From Antedon mediterranea (lineage: Eukaryota; Animalia; Echinodermata), in NCBI RefSeq assembly GCF_964355755.1, contig NC_092677.1:7524101-7588100 (forward strand): a stretch of DNA of 64,000 nucleotides, given 5' to 3'. The notes beneath the pieces were generated by a model. The model did not search any database and was not told the DNA's origin. It saw nothing but the letters and a program-made list of their open reading frames with translations. Below are positions 1 to 14,000 of the stretch, piece after piece. Position 1 is the first letter of the stretch. The number at the start of each line of letters is the position of its first letter. Position numbers and translations under genes: made by a program.

Positions 1-2509
1 AACATGTTCTGTCATCTTTCCAGCTGCTGCTCTTCTAGTATAGCCAAAGAATATGGTATAGCCATAGCGTGTGTGGCAGCCCTTTGTAAACACAGCCATT
101 GACAATCAAATAACCCTTTTTAAGGCACAATATTAACTTTAAAATGATTGTATTTTATTATCAAGATTTTGTTGACTATTTTGCTATATTTTGTTATATT
201 TGTACTGTATTAGTCAAATACATGTAAATAACTCCACATTTTCTGTCCGATTTTTTAGGCCTAGCTAGGCTATCCCCTACCTACTTTAGCTAGCCCAGCC
301 AGGTCAAGTAGACAAGGAGACGTGATGGACTGAAACATGCCAGGTGTGTGTAGGGCACAGTCATGTCGGACAGCAACAGTTTGGTATGATGCCGTGGTGC
401 GGTGTACAGTATCAGGCATATTTTCTACCAAACATCCTGATATTTTCAATAACACTAATTTACAAGCATCTAGCGCAGGGGCAGACCCATGGGTGTTGCC
501 TTAGTGGCCCGGGCAACGCCCTTAATTTCATACTAAATGTTGTTTCTGTCACTAAATTAAAATTGAGTCCCATTTCTTCGTATACAATATCCATCCATAT
601 TTATACGTTATAGAAGTCCAGTCTGAAAGAGAATATTTGTAAATTGGCACAGCAGTCACCAATAGGCCTACTATACCACGCACAGATAAAAGTAGATAAG
701 TTTCTGAGCATACGCAGAACAAATTTCTGATTGAATAGTTTCTTGTGGTGCGCGTGTCAGAGAGCAGGGAGACGTAGGATGTATCTCTCTCTTGATGAGA
801 GGTACGAAAGGAGGCCAACACACACTGTGTTCGGGAAAAACCCGTCATATGGGTCGTCAATTTGTTCATAATTATTGCGTTTTTCCATAATTTAAGGCCA
901 AATCATAGTTTTGCGTATAGTTTTATTTTTCCGTGTAGTACCCAGTTTATCTTCATTTTCGTATACGTCCGTAATATGAGGCCGAATTTCAGAATTAACC
1001 GCGCCGGTAGCTGAGTAAACTCGAAACTTGATAGACTTAGTCATAAAGTAGTTACAGAGTTTTACGGCAATTTATCATTGTTCAATGTTTTGTTGTTAGC
1101 TTATTGTTAAGAAGTAAGTCTGGCGCCAACGAATTTAGCGACCTTCACAACCAAAATGTTTCTTTGTAACAAAAATTATTTTAAATGGAACGCTACAAAA
1201 ACAATCCTCCGCTTCATCAGTGCATGAATACCAGACAAGATCGTATCTTTGTTACGTTTTACATCAATCCATTTTGATATCACGTAATCCATTTTCAACA
1301 ATATAGTAGTATGTATAATAACACTTTGATTGAATAGTGAGGGATTAGTTACAGTGTTGACCTATAAACCATTGGTAATTTACTGAAAATCCAAAATGAA
1401 CTTGTGTTATAATACAAGCAATAAAAACTATCACAGATTTCCTCTAATGGATCAAGCATTCACATATGAACTTTGCGACAAAACAAAAATATAGCTTATA
1501 TTCATTCCTTTTAAATATTAGGCATATTACCGAGGCTGATAATCGATTTGTCCATAATTATTGCGTTTTGCCGGGGTTTTTTCATAATTTAAGGCCAATT
1601 TTTAGGCCAAATCATAATTGTGCGTATAGTTTTTTTTCCGATGCGTGTAGTACCCTATTTATCTTTGCTTCCTTCTGCAAATGTCATATCATAATTTTCT
1701 TTGTTTTATTTTGGGTGTGTGGTTTAAGCAACACTTTTTTAAAGATTATAGTGGATAAATGAAAAATGAATTTTTAAAATTGTGGTTTTAACATCTGACT
1801 TTATTTAGCATTTACTTGAAAATAACACAATTTAACGTTTTGCGCAATATATTTATAGCAGCAGCTTCATATTTTTTGTATAACTTTTTAAAATGATTAA
1901 TTGCTAATAAATTTACAATAATTGAGTACAGTTATTAGAATGTAATACCGTACCAGAAGTACTTTCATCGGAAACTTCCCCGTGACGTTCGCATTGAACG
2001 AAAACAAAAATGTTATCCTATAGGAGGCCTATTGTTAGTCGCGTATGTTTTATTACCGGTCGAATAACATTATGCTACGATCCTCTGTTTGCTCGCGCAC
2101 TATAGAGTGAGTGACATTTCCGTCGAACTAGAGGTGCAATTTATTATGAATTTTACGTGCGAGAGTACCATGTAGGGGTGTCAGTTAACAATTTTCTTGC
2201 TCAAATACTCATTGTCTACAGCACTGGAGTCTTTGGGCAACCCTCTTAAAATAGTCCTGCGAGTCTGCGACCGCCCCTGTAGCGCTCTATCTTTTCCAAT
2301 TTTTCTTACCTCAGCACCAACCATGATGAGGCCAAGGTCCTGGGGCAGGAAACTCTTAGGAGAGGGGGTGCTCTTGTGGCTGGTGACCAATATCATAGGT
2401 GTTTTGATCGTTTGATATTAAATCATATAATACACCGGAGGTAATTCCCATAAGAGGGGCCTTTTTGGGAAAAAAGAACCCCCCTGTAAAAATCCTGGCT
2501 ACGGGCTTG
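1..2509. mobile_element. Right part of a ~3.2 kb non-autonomous TIR DNA transposon (TIR CAAGCCCGTAGCCAGG)
   Basis: 2494-2509 CCTGGCTACGGGCTTG is the exact reverse complement of 34518-34533, the left end of the other copy. No transposase ORF seen. Confidence 0.7.
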
Positions 2510-3075
2510 CATAATGTATATGAATTGTACACAAATATTAACGAAAACGAAGGCTTATTATTATTCGAAGGCTCGCTCGCTGTTGGTATTTTTTCCGTTG
2601 AATTACCGTCGTGGATTGCATGCATTGCGTGGATTGCATGGATTGCGTGTATTATGCGTGCATTGCGTGCCTCGTTGTCATGACTCGCACTTTGGCAACA
2701 CTCTTATGACTAAATCACGATACCGTGTTGTACCGGAAGTTTCATCAACACGCAGTGTGCATGCAAGGATAAAAGGTCAAATCGTTGATCGCTTGAATTG
2801 GCTGGGTTGTCAACAATCATCGTCGCCTCCTCGCTGTCCGATGTATTCGCGCGGTTTTTACCATTTTCATTATTGTATTCGTTCACGTTTGCATTGTTGT
2901 TTATTTTGTTCTCGGTTCATTTAAATTAATAAAAGTTATTTTAAGGGTTTCATTGTTTCATCTATACACTATGGAAGAAGATGCCATTTTTGCGATGTTA
3001 TTTTTTATTCTGTTTGGAGTGAGAAACGATAGAGGCCTACTACCACTACGAGTTTGCCCCACTAGGCTAGGCGTA

Positions 3076-3256
3076 AAGCTATAGTTCCCACTAGAACGTA
3101 ACGCAAGGACGTAAACGCAACGCAAGCGTTTTAACCAATGACAAGCGAAGTTATAGACAGTTAGCAATCACAAGCGAATAAGCCATCGATTGTGATTGGT
3201 CAATTCACTTGCGTTGCGTTACGTCCTTGTGTTGCGTCGCTAGTGGGAACCACGCT
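3076..3256. mobile_element. MITE flanked by TA
   Basis: Imperfect TIRs GTTCCCACTAG..AACGCAAGGACGTAA / TTACGTCCTTG..CTAGTGGGAAC; absent from the opposite arm of the inverted repeat; related fragment at ~30935-31045. Confidence 0.8.
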
Positions 3257-3497
3257 TACGAGGTGGTAGATGATTGCTGGCAGCAATAAATGGGCTTGTT
3301 AGCAACGTCGCATGACATGATTGATATTACGACCTGTTTTAACGAGAGGTCAAAATATACCCTGAGGACACTTCCAACACGGTAACGGCGACCGGGAATC
3401 CACCAAATTTGCTATTACACGCATATTCTACACGCCTACGAGAAGTGTGTTGTATAACAACAGGCTGAATCCTAAAATTTGGTGGATTCCCGGTCGC

Positions 3498-4483
3498 GAT
3501 ATTTTTTTACGCTCAACGAAACTGCCAGCTAGCCAGAATACTGTTTTCTGATTGGATGTTGATGTCACGTGAGATGTTCAAATCACTCACGCATGCAGTT
3601 TGCCTCAGTAGGTAATTCCTCCTCGCACTCTCCGACCGGTTGGCGTAATTTTTTTTTCCAGGACGAACGTGGGCAGAAATCATGAATAATTCATGAATAA
3701 TTATGACATAATAGGGAACACTATAGAGGGCGCTATATAAGCATGCAGAGAGATTAAATAATTAGTGTAAACAGCGTTTGCCAACCGAAATGTTTGGTCT
3801 AGTGGTAAGGCTTTAACCTATTACGCTGGAGCCCTCGGTTCGAGTTCTTTCATGAGCGATTATCGTTGTGGATAATACTGTAACGTGGATAATAAAGAAA
3901 TCACGCATTGGCGATAAAACGTTGGTCTGGATGGTGTCAATTTGTTTTTGTTTATGATCCAACTTTGTTGAAAATTTTCAAAAAATGATAATAAATAATC
4001 ACAAACACTATTTCCCTGTGACTTATAAATATATATTTAGATGAGTTGTTGCTTGTAATTCTGCCAAAGGAATAGAGCCTTTTTTTGTCAGTATATAAAT
4101 TTTTTTCCAGGACGAACGTGGGCAGAAGTCATGAATAATTCATTACCTTAATTATTTTCTATTATAAATAATTGAAAGATAGCTGATCTACTTCCTAAAT
4201 ATACTAAACCTAACCCTCTAAATAATCTCTCTCAACTATTAAAAAAAATATGTTCATGAAAGAGCTCGAACCGAGGGCTTCAGCGTAATAGGTTAAAGCC
4301 TTTACCACTAGACCAAACATTTCGGTTGGCAAACGTTGTTTACACTAATTATTTAATTTCTCTGCATTCTTATATAGCGCCCTCTATAATGTTCCCTATT
4401 ATGTCATAATTAATCATGAATTATTCATGAATTATTCATGATTTCTGCCCACGTTCGTCCTGGAAAAAAAAGATTACGCTTCA
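3498..4483. mobile_element. Insertion containing a foldback element with ~210-bp inverted arms (3643-3855 / 4255-4479)
   Basis: Flanked by direct CGGTCGC (3491-3497, 4484-4490); empty site visible in copy 2 (~37778) and in the opposite arm (~3387). A third copy of the arm terminus is at ~4100-4143. Confidence 0.85.
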
Positions 4484-6040
4484 CGGTCGCCGTTACCGTG
4501 TTGGAAGTGTCCTCAGGGTATATTTTGACCTCTCGTTAAAACAGGTCGTAATCTAATATCAATCATGTCATCATGCGACGTTGCTAACAATATTGGGCCC
4601 ATTTATTGCTGCTTCGCTGCCAGCAATCATCCTCCTACCACGTCTTGCGCCTAGCCTAGTGGGGCCAACTCGTAGTGGTAGTAGGCCTCTATCGTTTCCC
4701 ACTCCAAACAGAATAAAAAATAACATCGCAAAAATGGCATCTTCTTCCATAGTGTATAGATGAAACAATGAAACCCTTAAAATAACTTTTATTAATTTAA
4801 ATGAACCGAGAACAAAATAAATAACAATGCAAACGTGAACGAATACAATAATGAAAATGGTAAAAACCTCGTGAATACATCGGACAGCGAGGAGGCGACG
4901 ATGATTGTTTGACAACCCACCAGCCAAACAATTCAAGCGATCAACGATTTGACCTTTTATCCTAGCATGCACTGCGTGTCGATGAAACTTCCGGTACAAC
5001 ACAGTATCGTGATTTCTAGTATAACAGCAAACGTTAAGGTGGGTTGACCTCGGTCCGAACAACACGCTAAAAATTAAAGCCGTGTTCAAATTTAGGGTGT
5101 TGTATAAACACGACCTGAGATTGTATTTTATTTACTGTAGGCCTAGCCTATACAGAATTTTAACTTAAATCATCTGTTAGCCTATGATTTTCTATTGAGT
5201 AAAAAGAGCACTTAGTGAGCGAGCGAATATTAAATATTAAAAAAATGTTAAGAAAAACACCGACCTTTCTTATAAAATAAAAAAAAAATAAAATAATTCA
5301 CAATACCTACTTGATTAGGTCGATTTGTAATTGAATTAAAGTTGGATTCGTTGTAAGGCGCAAGTGTAAATGTTGAATCGTTTTTTTTAACCATCTCTAA
5401 AATGGCGATGTTTATGTTCAATCTTGTACAGTATGATATAATATTTACGAGACAACATGCCACTGATACGAAATACTGTTTCATTTTCTTTGAAACTTAT
5501 TATTGTTATAGCCAGCTGTGTAATATATATTTACAACTTCATGACGTCATCGTTCGTCTACAAAAACCAACCTAAAGTGGAAAAACATCCAAACAGAGCT
5601 GTTCATGTATATTATATATATTATTGATTATATAAGATAATAAAATATAATTTTAAGTAGACCTGCTGATCGATACTTTTACATCGATCGAAACATTTAC
5701 AAACGTGTTAAGTTATCTATACTTACAGATTCGAAAGGCTAACTTCTCCAAACTCTTTTAGGTGGATTGTAATCAAATACTTTCCATTTCAATCCTTTTA
5801 TCATTTAGATATTTTTATAATAACAAAAGAAATGCGTTCAACCATGGAAGACGTCCGTCTAAAATAAAATAGGCCAAGGACAACGCATTGATTCGTCTAT
5901 TTGTTATTTAAATATTTTTATATAGTTTATTTTATATCATTGTTGTTTAATATTCCACAGGTAAACCAGGCATGGAAACCCATCGCCCAACAGGACCTCG
6001 TGGTGTTCCGATCTCGAGCGCGAGATCATCGTAAACAAAA

Positions 6041-7233
6041 TTGGTAGAGTCCATTATGTATGGGGTGTTTCCTTTTTACGAACCTATATAAAAACGCGCT
6101 TCGACCACTGTGTAGGCAAAATATTTATTTCGTTAATTCCCTAAATTGATAATCTCGTATTCTGTAATCACGTGACTGATGATGTAATCCTCAGCGACGT
6201 ACTAAATGCACATGATTTAATGTGTTGAGGAAAAAGCTTGCTGTTTACCACATTACATGATTCACGGTGCTATTCGCGTTTCCTTGACGTAAATCGGCGG
6301 CGTGTAAATGAAACAATTGTTTTCACCAAATTGCCGTTGTCGACATAGAGCGATCGGCGGCTAGCGTTGGCTAAGATAAAAAAGTACGTATTTTTCAAAA
6401 AATTACACTAGCCTAACAAACATTTGCTAGTTTTGAAATTTTTAACTAGCAATTATGAAGAATCTACTAGCAAAATGCTAGTTTGCTAGCCTGAATTTCG
6501 AGCCCTACTCTGGAGCTGGGCCGGGCCGCTGAACTTTCCGTTGTATATGGGTAAAAAAAAAAAAAAAAAAAAAAGAGAGGCGGCTGGATAATCAGGAGCG
6601 GGCGCTGACGCTTAACAAGTATGTTTTTTTATTTGGCTTGGTAGAGTCCATTATGTATGGGGTGTTTCCTATTTACGAACCTATACAAAAACGCGCTTCG
6701 ACCACTGTGTAGGCAAAATATTTATTTCGTTAAATCCCTAAATTGATAATCGCGTATTCTGTAATCACGTGACTGATGATGTAATCCTCAGCGACGTACT
6801 AAATGCACATGATTTAATGTGTTGGGGAAAAAGCTTGCTGTTTACCACATTACATGATTCACGGTGCTATTCGCGTTTCCTTTACGTAAATCGGCGGCGT
6901 GTAAATGAAACAATTGTTTTCACCAATTTGCCGTTGTCGACATAGAGCGATCGGCGGCTAGCGTTGTCTAAGCTAAAAAGTATGTATTTTTTCAAAAATT
7001 ACGCTAGCCTAACAAACATTTGCTAGTTTTGAAATTTTCAAATAGCAATTATGAAGAATCTACTAGCAAAATGCTAGTTTGCTAGCGTGAATTTCGAGCC
7101 CTACTCTGGAGCTGGGTCGGGCCGCTGAACTTTCCGTTGTATATCGGTAAAAAAAAAATAAAAATAAAAAGAGAGGCGGCTGGATAATCAGGAGCGGGCG
7201 GTGACGCTTAACAAGTATGTTTTTTTATTTGGC
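6041..7233 (+). repeat. Tandem duplication of a ~597-bp unit (6041-6637, 6638-7233)
   Basis: Two near-identical copies starting TTGGTAGAGTCCATTATG, each with an A-run and a TIR-like TTTCGAGCCCT. Confidence 0.95.
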
Positions 7234-7234
7234 C

Positions 7235-7635
7235 TTACTGTGTCAGCATGTACTGTTCAACCTTATGGTGTAGATATAATAAGAGCACTCTGTCTGAGAT
7301 CACTGAAAGTATGTTATAACAATGCCTTATTTGCTGCTGAAGCAGCCTAGACATTGTAGTGCAAGCATGATGTTTGTCTTAAATGACGTCCATCCTTTGA
7401 TGAGTTGATCATTAGAAAATCTGTTTTTAGTTTTAAAAATCGTGTGAACGCAAGTAGGAATGTGTCAAGAATGCACATACAATGGAATGCTTTGTTGCAT
7501 TGACTTTATTATTTACATAATCTTTGTTTTTGTTCTATGAGCTGTTAGATTAAGATTTTTTTTTCTCTCTTTTGCTATGGATATAATATTATGTCACCAT
7601 GATATTCCGAAATAAAAAGATAAATGAAATGAAAT
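7235..7635 (+). mobile_element. 3' fragment of a non-LTR retrotransposon (same family as 58441-59163)
   Basis: Matches the reverse complement of ~58441-58876 with small indels; ends AATAAAAAGATAAATGAAATGAAA tail. Confidence 0.9.
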
Positions 7636-8048
7636 AATACTGTATATTATAATAATAATGTATATTATTTATATATAGGCCTACCTAACTAGCCTAGTAG
7701 GCCTAGGAAGCAGGGCCTACTAGCATGGCATTATTGTGATAATCAATCACAATAATGCCATGGTGTTAATAGTTATAATACAGCTGAGTTGGTGGCCATC
7801 ATGTCATTCAACATTGACTGATTGAGACTAGCTTTAGACCTCCAAGTCTACCTATATTTTGTAACGTTATTCTTTTTTTTTTCCAAGAAAGTCAACAGGA
7901 ATTCCACAACATCTTGAATTTAAAGAGCTGAAGAATACAGATTCAGTGACAATGACAAAAAAAGTAGTTTGCAGTTATATTTACTGTACAGTGTAAGTAC
8001 ATACAGTTCACATAAAAACATGATCTACAGTACTTCCGTTATCATTAT

Positions 8049-11000
8049 TAGGTGATCATTTAGAATAAAATGATCACCTATTATTATTGTATGAAATCTT
8101 TATTCTTCTTTTTCTTATTATTTATTTCTCTCTGTACAGATTTTGTGTAACAAATATCTCAAAAAGTTTAATGTTAATGATTACCAAAATTTCACAATGT
8201 CTTTCAAATACGTTAACTTAGTCCTAATAAGCTTTTCAGCGTGATCACTCATCCGTGACGTCACGTATACGCCATTTTGTGAAATCACATTATCAATCAT
8301 ATCTCCATAATTCATTATCACATATTAATGAAAATCACTACACGTAAACTTGAGGTCAAGGTAAAAAATATTAGCAAATAAAAACTCGGGCGTTTCAAGG
8401 TCATGCGCGTGAAATCGCGCGTTGAAATTTTAAAAAGCTCAACATTTAGTTTTTATCAATTTAGAGCATGAAATAGGCCATTTGCGTGTTTAAAAAAATT
8501 ACTGCGCAAAAACACATTTTTGCGCACGCGATTTTTAAAAAGGGTAAAAAATAAAATTTGATGTATACATCATATTCTACTCACAATCCTTAGTACATTC
8601 TCCGACTTTGAGTCCATTCCGACTTAAAATAACGCTATACGAGCACGTTAAAAATGACAAAATCCCCACATTAATTGTACAAAAGTGCTAAAAATGGTAA
8701 AAAATAAGGCCTTTTTAAAATGAATATAACTCTTCAGAATGGCAGGTGACCCCCAAATTTTTTAACTTATTATGGAAGCCAATAAGTTGTAGATATAAAT
8801 ATATATACATATTAGACGTACAAAATGGTATGACGTCATCAAATGGCCACTTGAATTTAAAAATTAGTAATTATTATCTTTTTGTGTGGGTTATCACATT
8901 CAATAGAGCGCATCTCCGTTATTTGATCCCGATTTTCGCACACATTTTAGTATGTGCTTGCTCAATTAATTATCTTTCTCATAAGTTGTCAACATTTTTA
9001 TTTGATGACGTCATCACGCGTAAAAACTTGAATAACCTAGGTCGTGTAATTTCAGCTACACCATACATTTGAATATCTTATAGCTCCTCAGAATTAAAGG
9101 TGACCTTGAAGATTATAATTAATTATGAAAGCTGATGAAATGTAGATATGAATTCATATAAAAATTAAGCCTATCGGATGTTGTGATGTTATCATATGGC
9201 CAGTTGAAGTTAAAAAGTAGTTTTTAAATTTCTTTAGTCGAAGTTATACAAATTTCAAAGAGCGCGCATTGCGCTTCTACGTGTCAAATTCTCTTCCAAT
9301 CCTTATATTTATTTGCTCAATTCATTATCTTTCGAAATTATCATCTTCGAGTTTATTTTGATAATTTCATCATACCAAAAAATTAGAACTTGATGTGTGT
9401 CCCATAATTTCACCTATGCTACACTGTATATAGATATACAGTATATACTGTACATATTGTATATGGCATATAATAGGCACAACTCAGCACTATAATCGTA
9501 TGCATCATGTCATAGGATGGCGTACATCAACTTTTTACGATCGTATGTTAAGGTACATGCATGTTTCAAAAATGTTAATTTCATTAAAATTATAAAAATG
9601 ATCACCTATAATTCGTCAAAGTGACGAATTAAATTCTAGTTAGGTGATCATTTAGAATAAAATGATCACCTATTGTTATTGTATGAAATCTTTATTGTTA
9701 TTATTATTCTTCTTTCTGTACACTTTTGTTCATCAAATATCTCAAAAAGTTAAATAGCAATGATCACAAAAATGTCACAATGTCTTTCAAATACTTTAAC
9801 TTAGCCATAATAAGCTTTTCAGCGTGATCACTCAACCGTGACGTCACATATACGCGATTTTGTGAAATCACATTATCAATCATATGTCCATAATTGATTA
9901 TCACATATTTATGAAATTCTCTACACGTAAATTTCAGGTCAAGGTAAAAAATATTAGCAAATAAAAACTCGCGCGTCTCAAGGTCATGCACGTGAAATCG
10001 CGCATAAAGATTTTAAAAAGCTCAAAATTAAGTTTTGATCAATTTAGAGTATGAATTAGGCCAATTGCGTGTTTCAAAAAATTACTGCGCAAAAATACGT
10101 TTTTGCGCACGCAATCCTTAAAAAGCGTAAAAAATAAAATTTGATGTATACATCACATTCTACACACAATCCTTAGTACATTCTCCGATTTTGAGTCCAG
10201 TCCGACTTAAAATAACGGTATACGAGCACGTTAAACATGACAAAATGCGCACATTAATTGTACAAAAGTGCTAAAAATGGTAAAAAGTAGGGCCCTTTTA
10301 AAATGAATATAACTCTTCAGAATGGAAGATGACCCCCAATTTTTTTAACTTAATATGGAAGCCAATGAGTTGTAGATATAAATGTATATACACATTAGAC
10401 GTACAAAATGGTATGACGTCATCAAATGGCCACTTGAATTTAAAAATTAGTAATTTTTATCTTTTTGTGTGGGTTATCACATTCAATAGAGCGCATCTCC
10501 GTTATTTGAACCCAATTTTAGCTCAACTTTTAGTATGTGCTTGCTCAATTAATTATCTTTCTCATGAGTTGTCAACATTTTCATTTTGATGACGTCATCA
10601 TGCGTATAAACTTGAATAACCTAGGTCGTGTATTTTCAGCTACACCATACATTTGAATATCTTACAGCTCTTCAGAATTAAAGGTGACCTTGAAGATTAT
10701 AACTTATTATGAAAGCTGATGAAATGTAGATATGAATTCATAAAAAAATTAAGCCTATTGAATGTTGTGACGTTATCTTATGGCCAGTTGAAGTTAAAAA
10801 GTAGTTTTTAAATTTCTTTAGTTGAAGTTATACCAATTTCAAAGAGCGCGCATTGCGCTTCTACGTGTCAAATTCTCTTCCAATCCTTATATTTATTTGC
10901 TCAATTCATTATCTTTCGAAATTGTCATCTTCGAGTTTATTTTGATAATTCCATCATACCAAAAATTTAGAACACGATGTGGGTCCCGTAATTTCACCTA

Positions 11001-14000
11001 TGCTACACTGTATATAGATATACAGTATATACTGTACATATTGTATATGAAACATAATAGGTACAACTCAGCACTATAAGTGTATATGCATCATGTCATA
11101 GCATGGCGCACATCAACTTTTTACGATCGTATGTTAACGTACGTGCATGTTTAAAAAATGTTAATTTCATTAAAATAATAAAAATGATCACCTATAATTC
11201 GTCAAAGTGACGAATTAAATTCTAGTGAGAAATTGTTTTTGTAAAAAAAAAATGTTTCTTCGCAATTTCTTTCTGTACACTTTTTGTTCGTCAAATATCT
11301 CAAAAAGTTGAATAACAATGATCACAAAAATTTCACAATGTCTTTCAAATACTTTAACTTAGCCATAATAAGCTTTTCAGCGTGATCACTCAACCGTGAC
11401 GTCACGTATACGCGATTTTGTGAAATCACATTATCAATCATATGTCCATAATTGATTATCACATATTTATGAAATTCACTACACGTAAACTTCAGGTCAA
11501 GGGTAAAAATATTAGCAAATAAAAACGCACGCGCACGTAGGGTCAAGCGCGTGGAATCGCGCGTTAAAAATTTAAAAAGCTCAAAATTAGGTTTTGATCA
11601 ATTTAGAGCATGAGTTAGGCCATTTGCGTGTTTCAAAAAATTACTGCGCAAAAAAAAAATTTTGCGCGCGCGATACTTACAAAGCGTAAAAATTGCAATT
11701 TTTTTTTACAAATCGCATTCTACTCACCATCCTTAGTACATTCACCAAATTTGAGTCAGTTCCGACTTAAAATAACGCTATACGAGCAGGTTAAAAATGA
11801 CAAAATGCGCACATTAATTTCACAAAAGTTCTGAAAATGGTGAAAAATATGTCTTTTTTAAAATGAAAATAACTCTTCAGAATGCACGATGACCCCTAAG
11901 TTTTTTAACTTATTCGGGAAGCCATTGAGTTGTAGATATAAATGTATATACGCATTAGACGTACAAAATGGTATTACGTCATCAAATGGCCACTTGAATT
12001 TAAAAATTAGGATTTTTTTCCGTTTTGTGTAGGTTATCACATTCAATAGACCGCATCTCCGCTATTTGAGCTCGATTTTTGCACAAATTTCAGTGTGTGC
12101 TTGCCTAATTATTTATCGTTCTTATAAGTTGTCATTATTTTCAATTTAATGACGTCATCACGCGTAAAATCTTGAATAACGTAGATCGTGTAATTTCACC
12201 TTCGCCGTAAATTTGAATATTTAACAGCTCTTCAGAATTGAAGGTTACCTTGATGATTATAATTTATTATGAAAGCTGATGAAATGTAGATATGAATTCA
12301 TATAAAAACCAAGCCTTTCGGATGTTGTGACGTTAACATATGGCCAGATGAAGTTAAAAAGTAGTTTTTTCATCTTTTTCGTCAAAGTTATACAAATTTC
12401 AAAGAGCGCGCACAGCGCTTCTACGTGCCAGATTCTCTTCCAATTCTTATATTTATTTGCTCAATTCATTATCTTTCGAAATTGTCATCTTTGAGTTTAT
12501 TTTGATAATTCCATCATACCAAAAATTAGAACTTGATGTGGGTCCCGTAATTTCACCTATGCTACACTGTATATAGATATACAGTATATACTGTACATAT
12601 TGTGTATGACACATAATAGGTACAACTCAGCGCTATAAGTGTATATGCATCATGTCATAGGATGGCGTACATCAACTTTTTACGTATTGTATGTTAACGT
12701 ACGTGCATGTTTAAAAAATGTTAATTTTATTAAAATGATAAAAATGATCACCTATAATTCGTCAAAGTGACGAATTAAATTCTAGTGAGAAATTGTTTTT
12801 GTTAAAAAAAAAATTTCTTCGCAATTTCATTCTGTACAGATTTTGTTTAACAAATATCTCAAAAAGTTTAATGTGAATGATTACCAAAATTTTACAATTT
12901 CTTTCAAATACTGTAACTTAGTCCTAATAAGCTTTTCAGCGTGATCACTCATCCGTAACGTCATTTATACGCGATTTTGTGAAATCACATTATCAATCAT
13001 ATCTCCATAATTCATTATCACATATTAATGAAATTCACTACACGTAAACTTTAGGTCAAGGGTAAAAATATTAGGAAATAAAAACGCGCGCGCACGTAGG
13101 GTTAAGCGCGTGAAATCGCGCGTTAAAAATTTAAAATGCTCAAAATTACGTTTTGATCAATTTAGAGCATGAATTAGGCCATTTGCATGTTTTAAAAAAT
13201 TACTGCGCAAAAACACGTTTTTGCGCGTGCGTACATAGAAAGCGTAAAAAATAACAATTTCTTGTACAAATTGCGTTCTACTCATCTTCCATAGTACATT
13301 CACCAAATTTGAGTCCATTTAGACTTAAAATAGTGCTATACGAGCACGTTAAAAATGACAAAATGCGCACATTAATTATACAAAAGTGCTAAAAATGGTA
13401 AAAAATAAGGCCTTTTTAAAACGAATATAACTCTTCTGAATGGCAGGTGACCCCCAATTTTTTTAACTTATTATGGTAGCCAATGAGTTGTAGATATAAA
13501 TGTATATACACATTAGACGTACAAAATGGTATTACGTCATCAAATGGCCACTTGAATTTAAAAATTAGGATTTTTTTCCGTTTTGTGTAGGTTATCACAT
13601 TCAATAGACGCATCTCCGCTATTTGAGCTCGATTTTCGCACAAATTTCAGTGTGTGCTTGCTTAATTATTTATCTTTCTCATAAGTTGTCAGTGTTTTCA
13701 TTTTGATGACGTCATCATGCGTAAAAACTTGGATAACGTATGTCGTGTAATTTCACCTCCGCCGTAAATTTGAATATCTTACAGCTCTTCAGAATTGAAG
13801 GTTACCTTGATGATTATAATTTATTATGAAAGCTAATGAAATGTAGATATGAATTCATATAAAAACCAAGCCTATCGGATGTTGTGACGTTAACATATTG
13901 CCAGATGAAGTTAAAAAGTAGTTTTTTCATCTTTTTCGTCAAAGTTATACAAATTTCAAAGAGCGCGCACGGCACTTCTACGTGCCAGATTCTCTTCCAA

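Larger units (their letters stand above)
2712..5015. repeat. Large interrupted inverted repeat (arms 2712-3410 and 3475-5015, 64-bp spacer)
   Basis: Arms are reverse complements once the nested insertions 3076-3256 and 3498-4483 are removed; shared pseudo-ORF text (HARIKGQIVDRLN, NRIKNNIAKMASSSIVYR) on opposite strands. Confidence 0.9.
1..5946 (+). repeat. Copy 1 of a TE-rich duplicated segment (second copy 35253-39166)
   Basis: Near-identical sequence at offset ~35252 for 1-2388 (e.g. ORFs 270-455 and 35522-35707), and again for 4484-5946 vs ~37778-39166. The middle differs by insertions/deletion. Confidence 0.95.

Noticed and set aside
3785-3860. Functional tRNA gene
   Set aside because: A/B-like boxes are present, but I could not form acceptor and anticodon stems.
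270-5484. Short ORFs in the duplicated segment (e.g. 4571-5089, 2514-2924) and their counterparts at 35522-38704
   Set aside because: No homology signal, frames differ between copies, and they lie in non-autonomous TE sequence.
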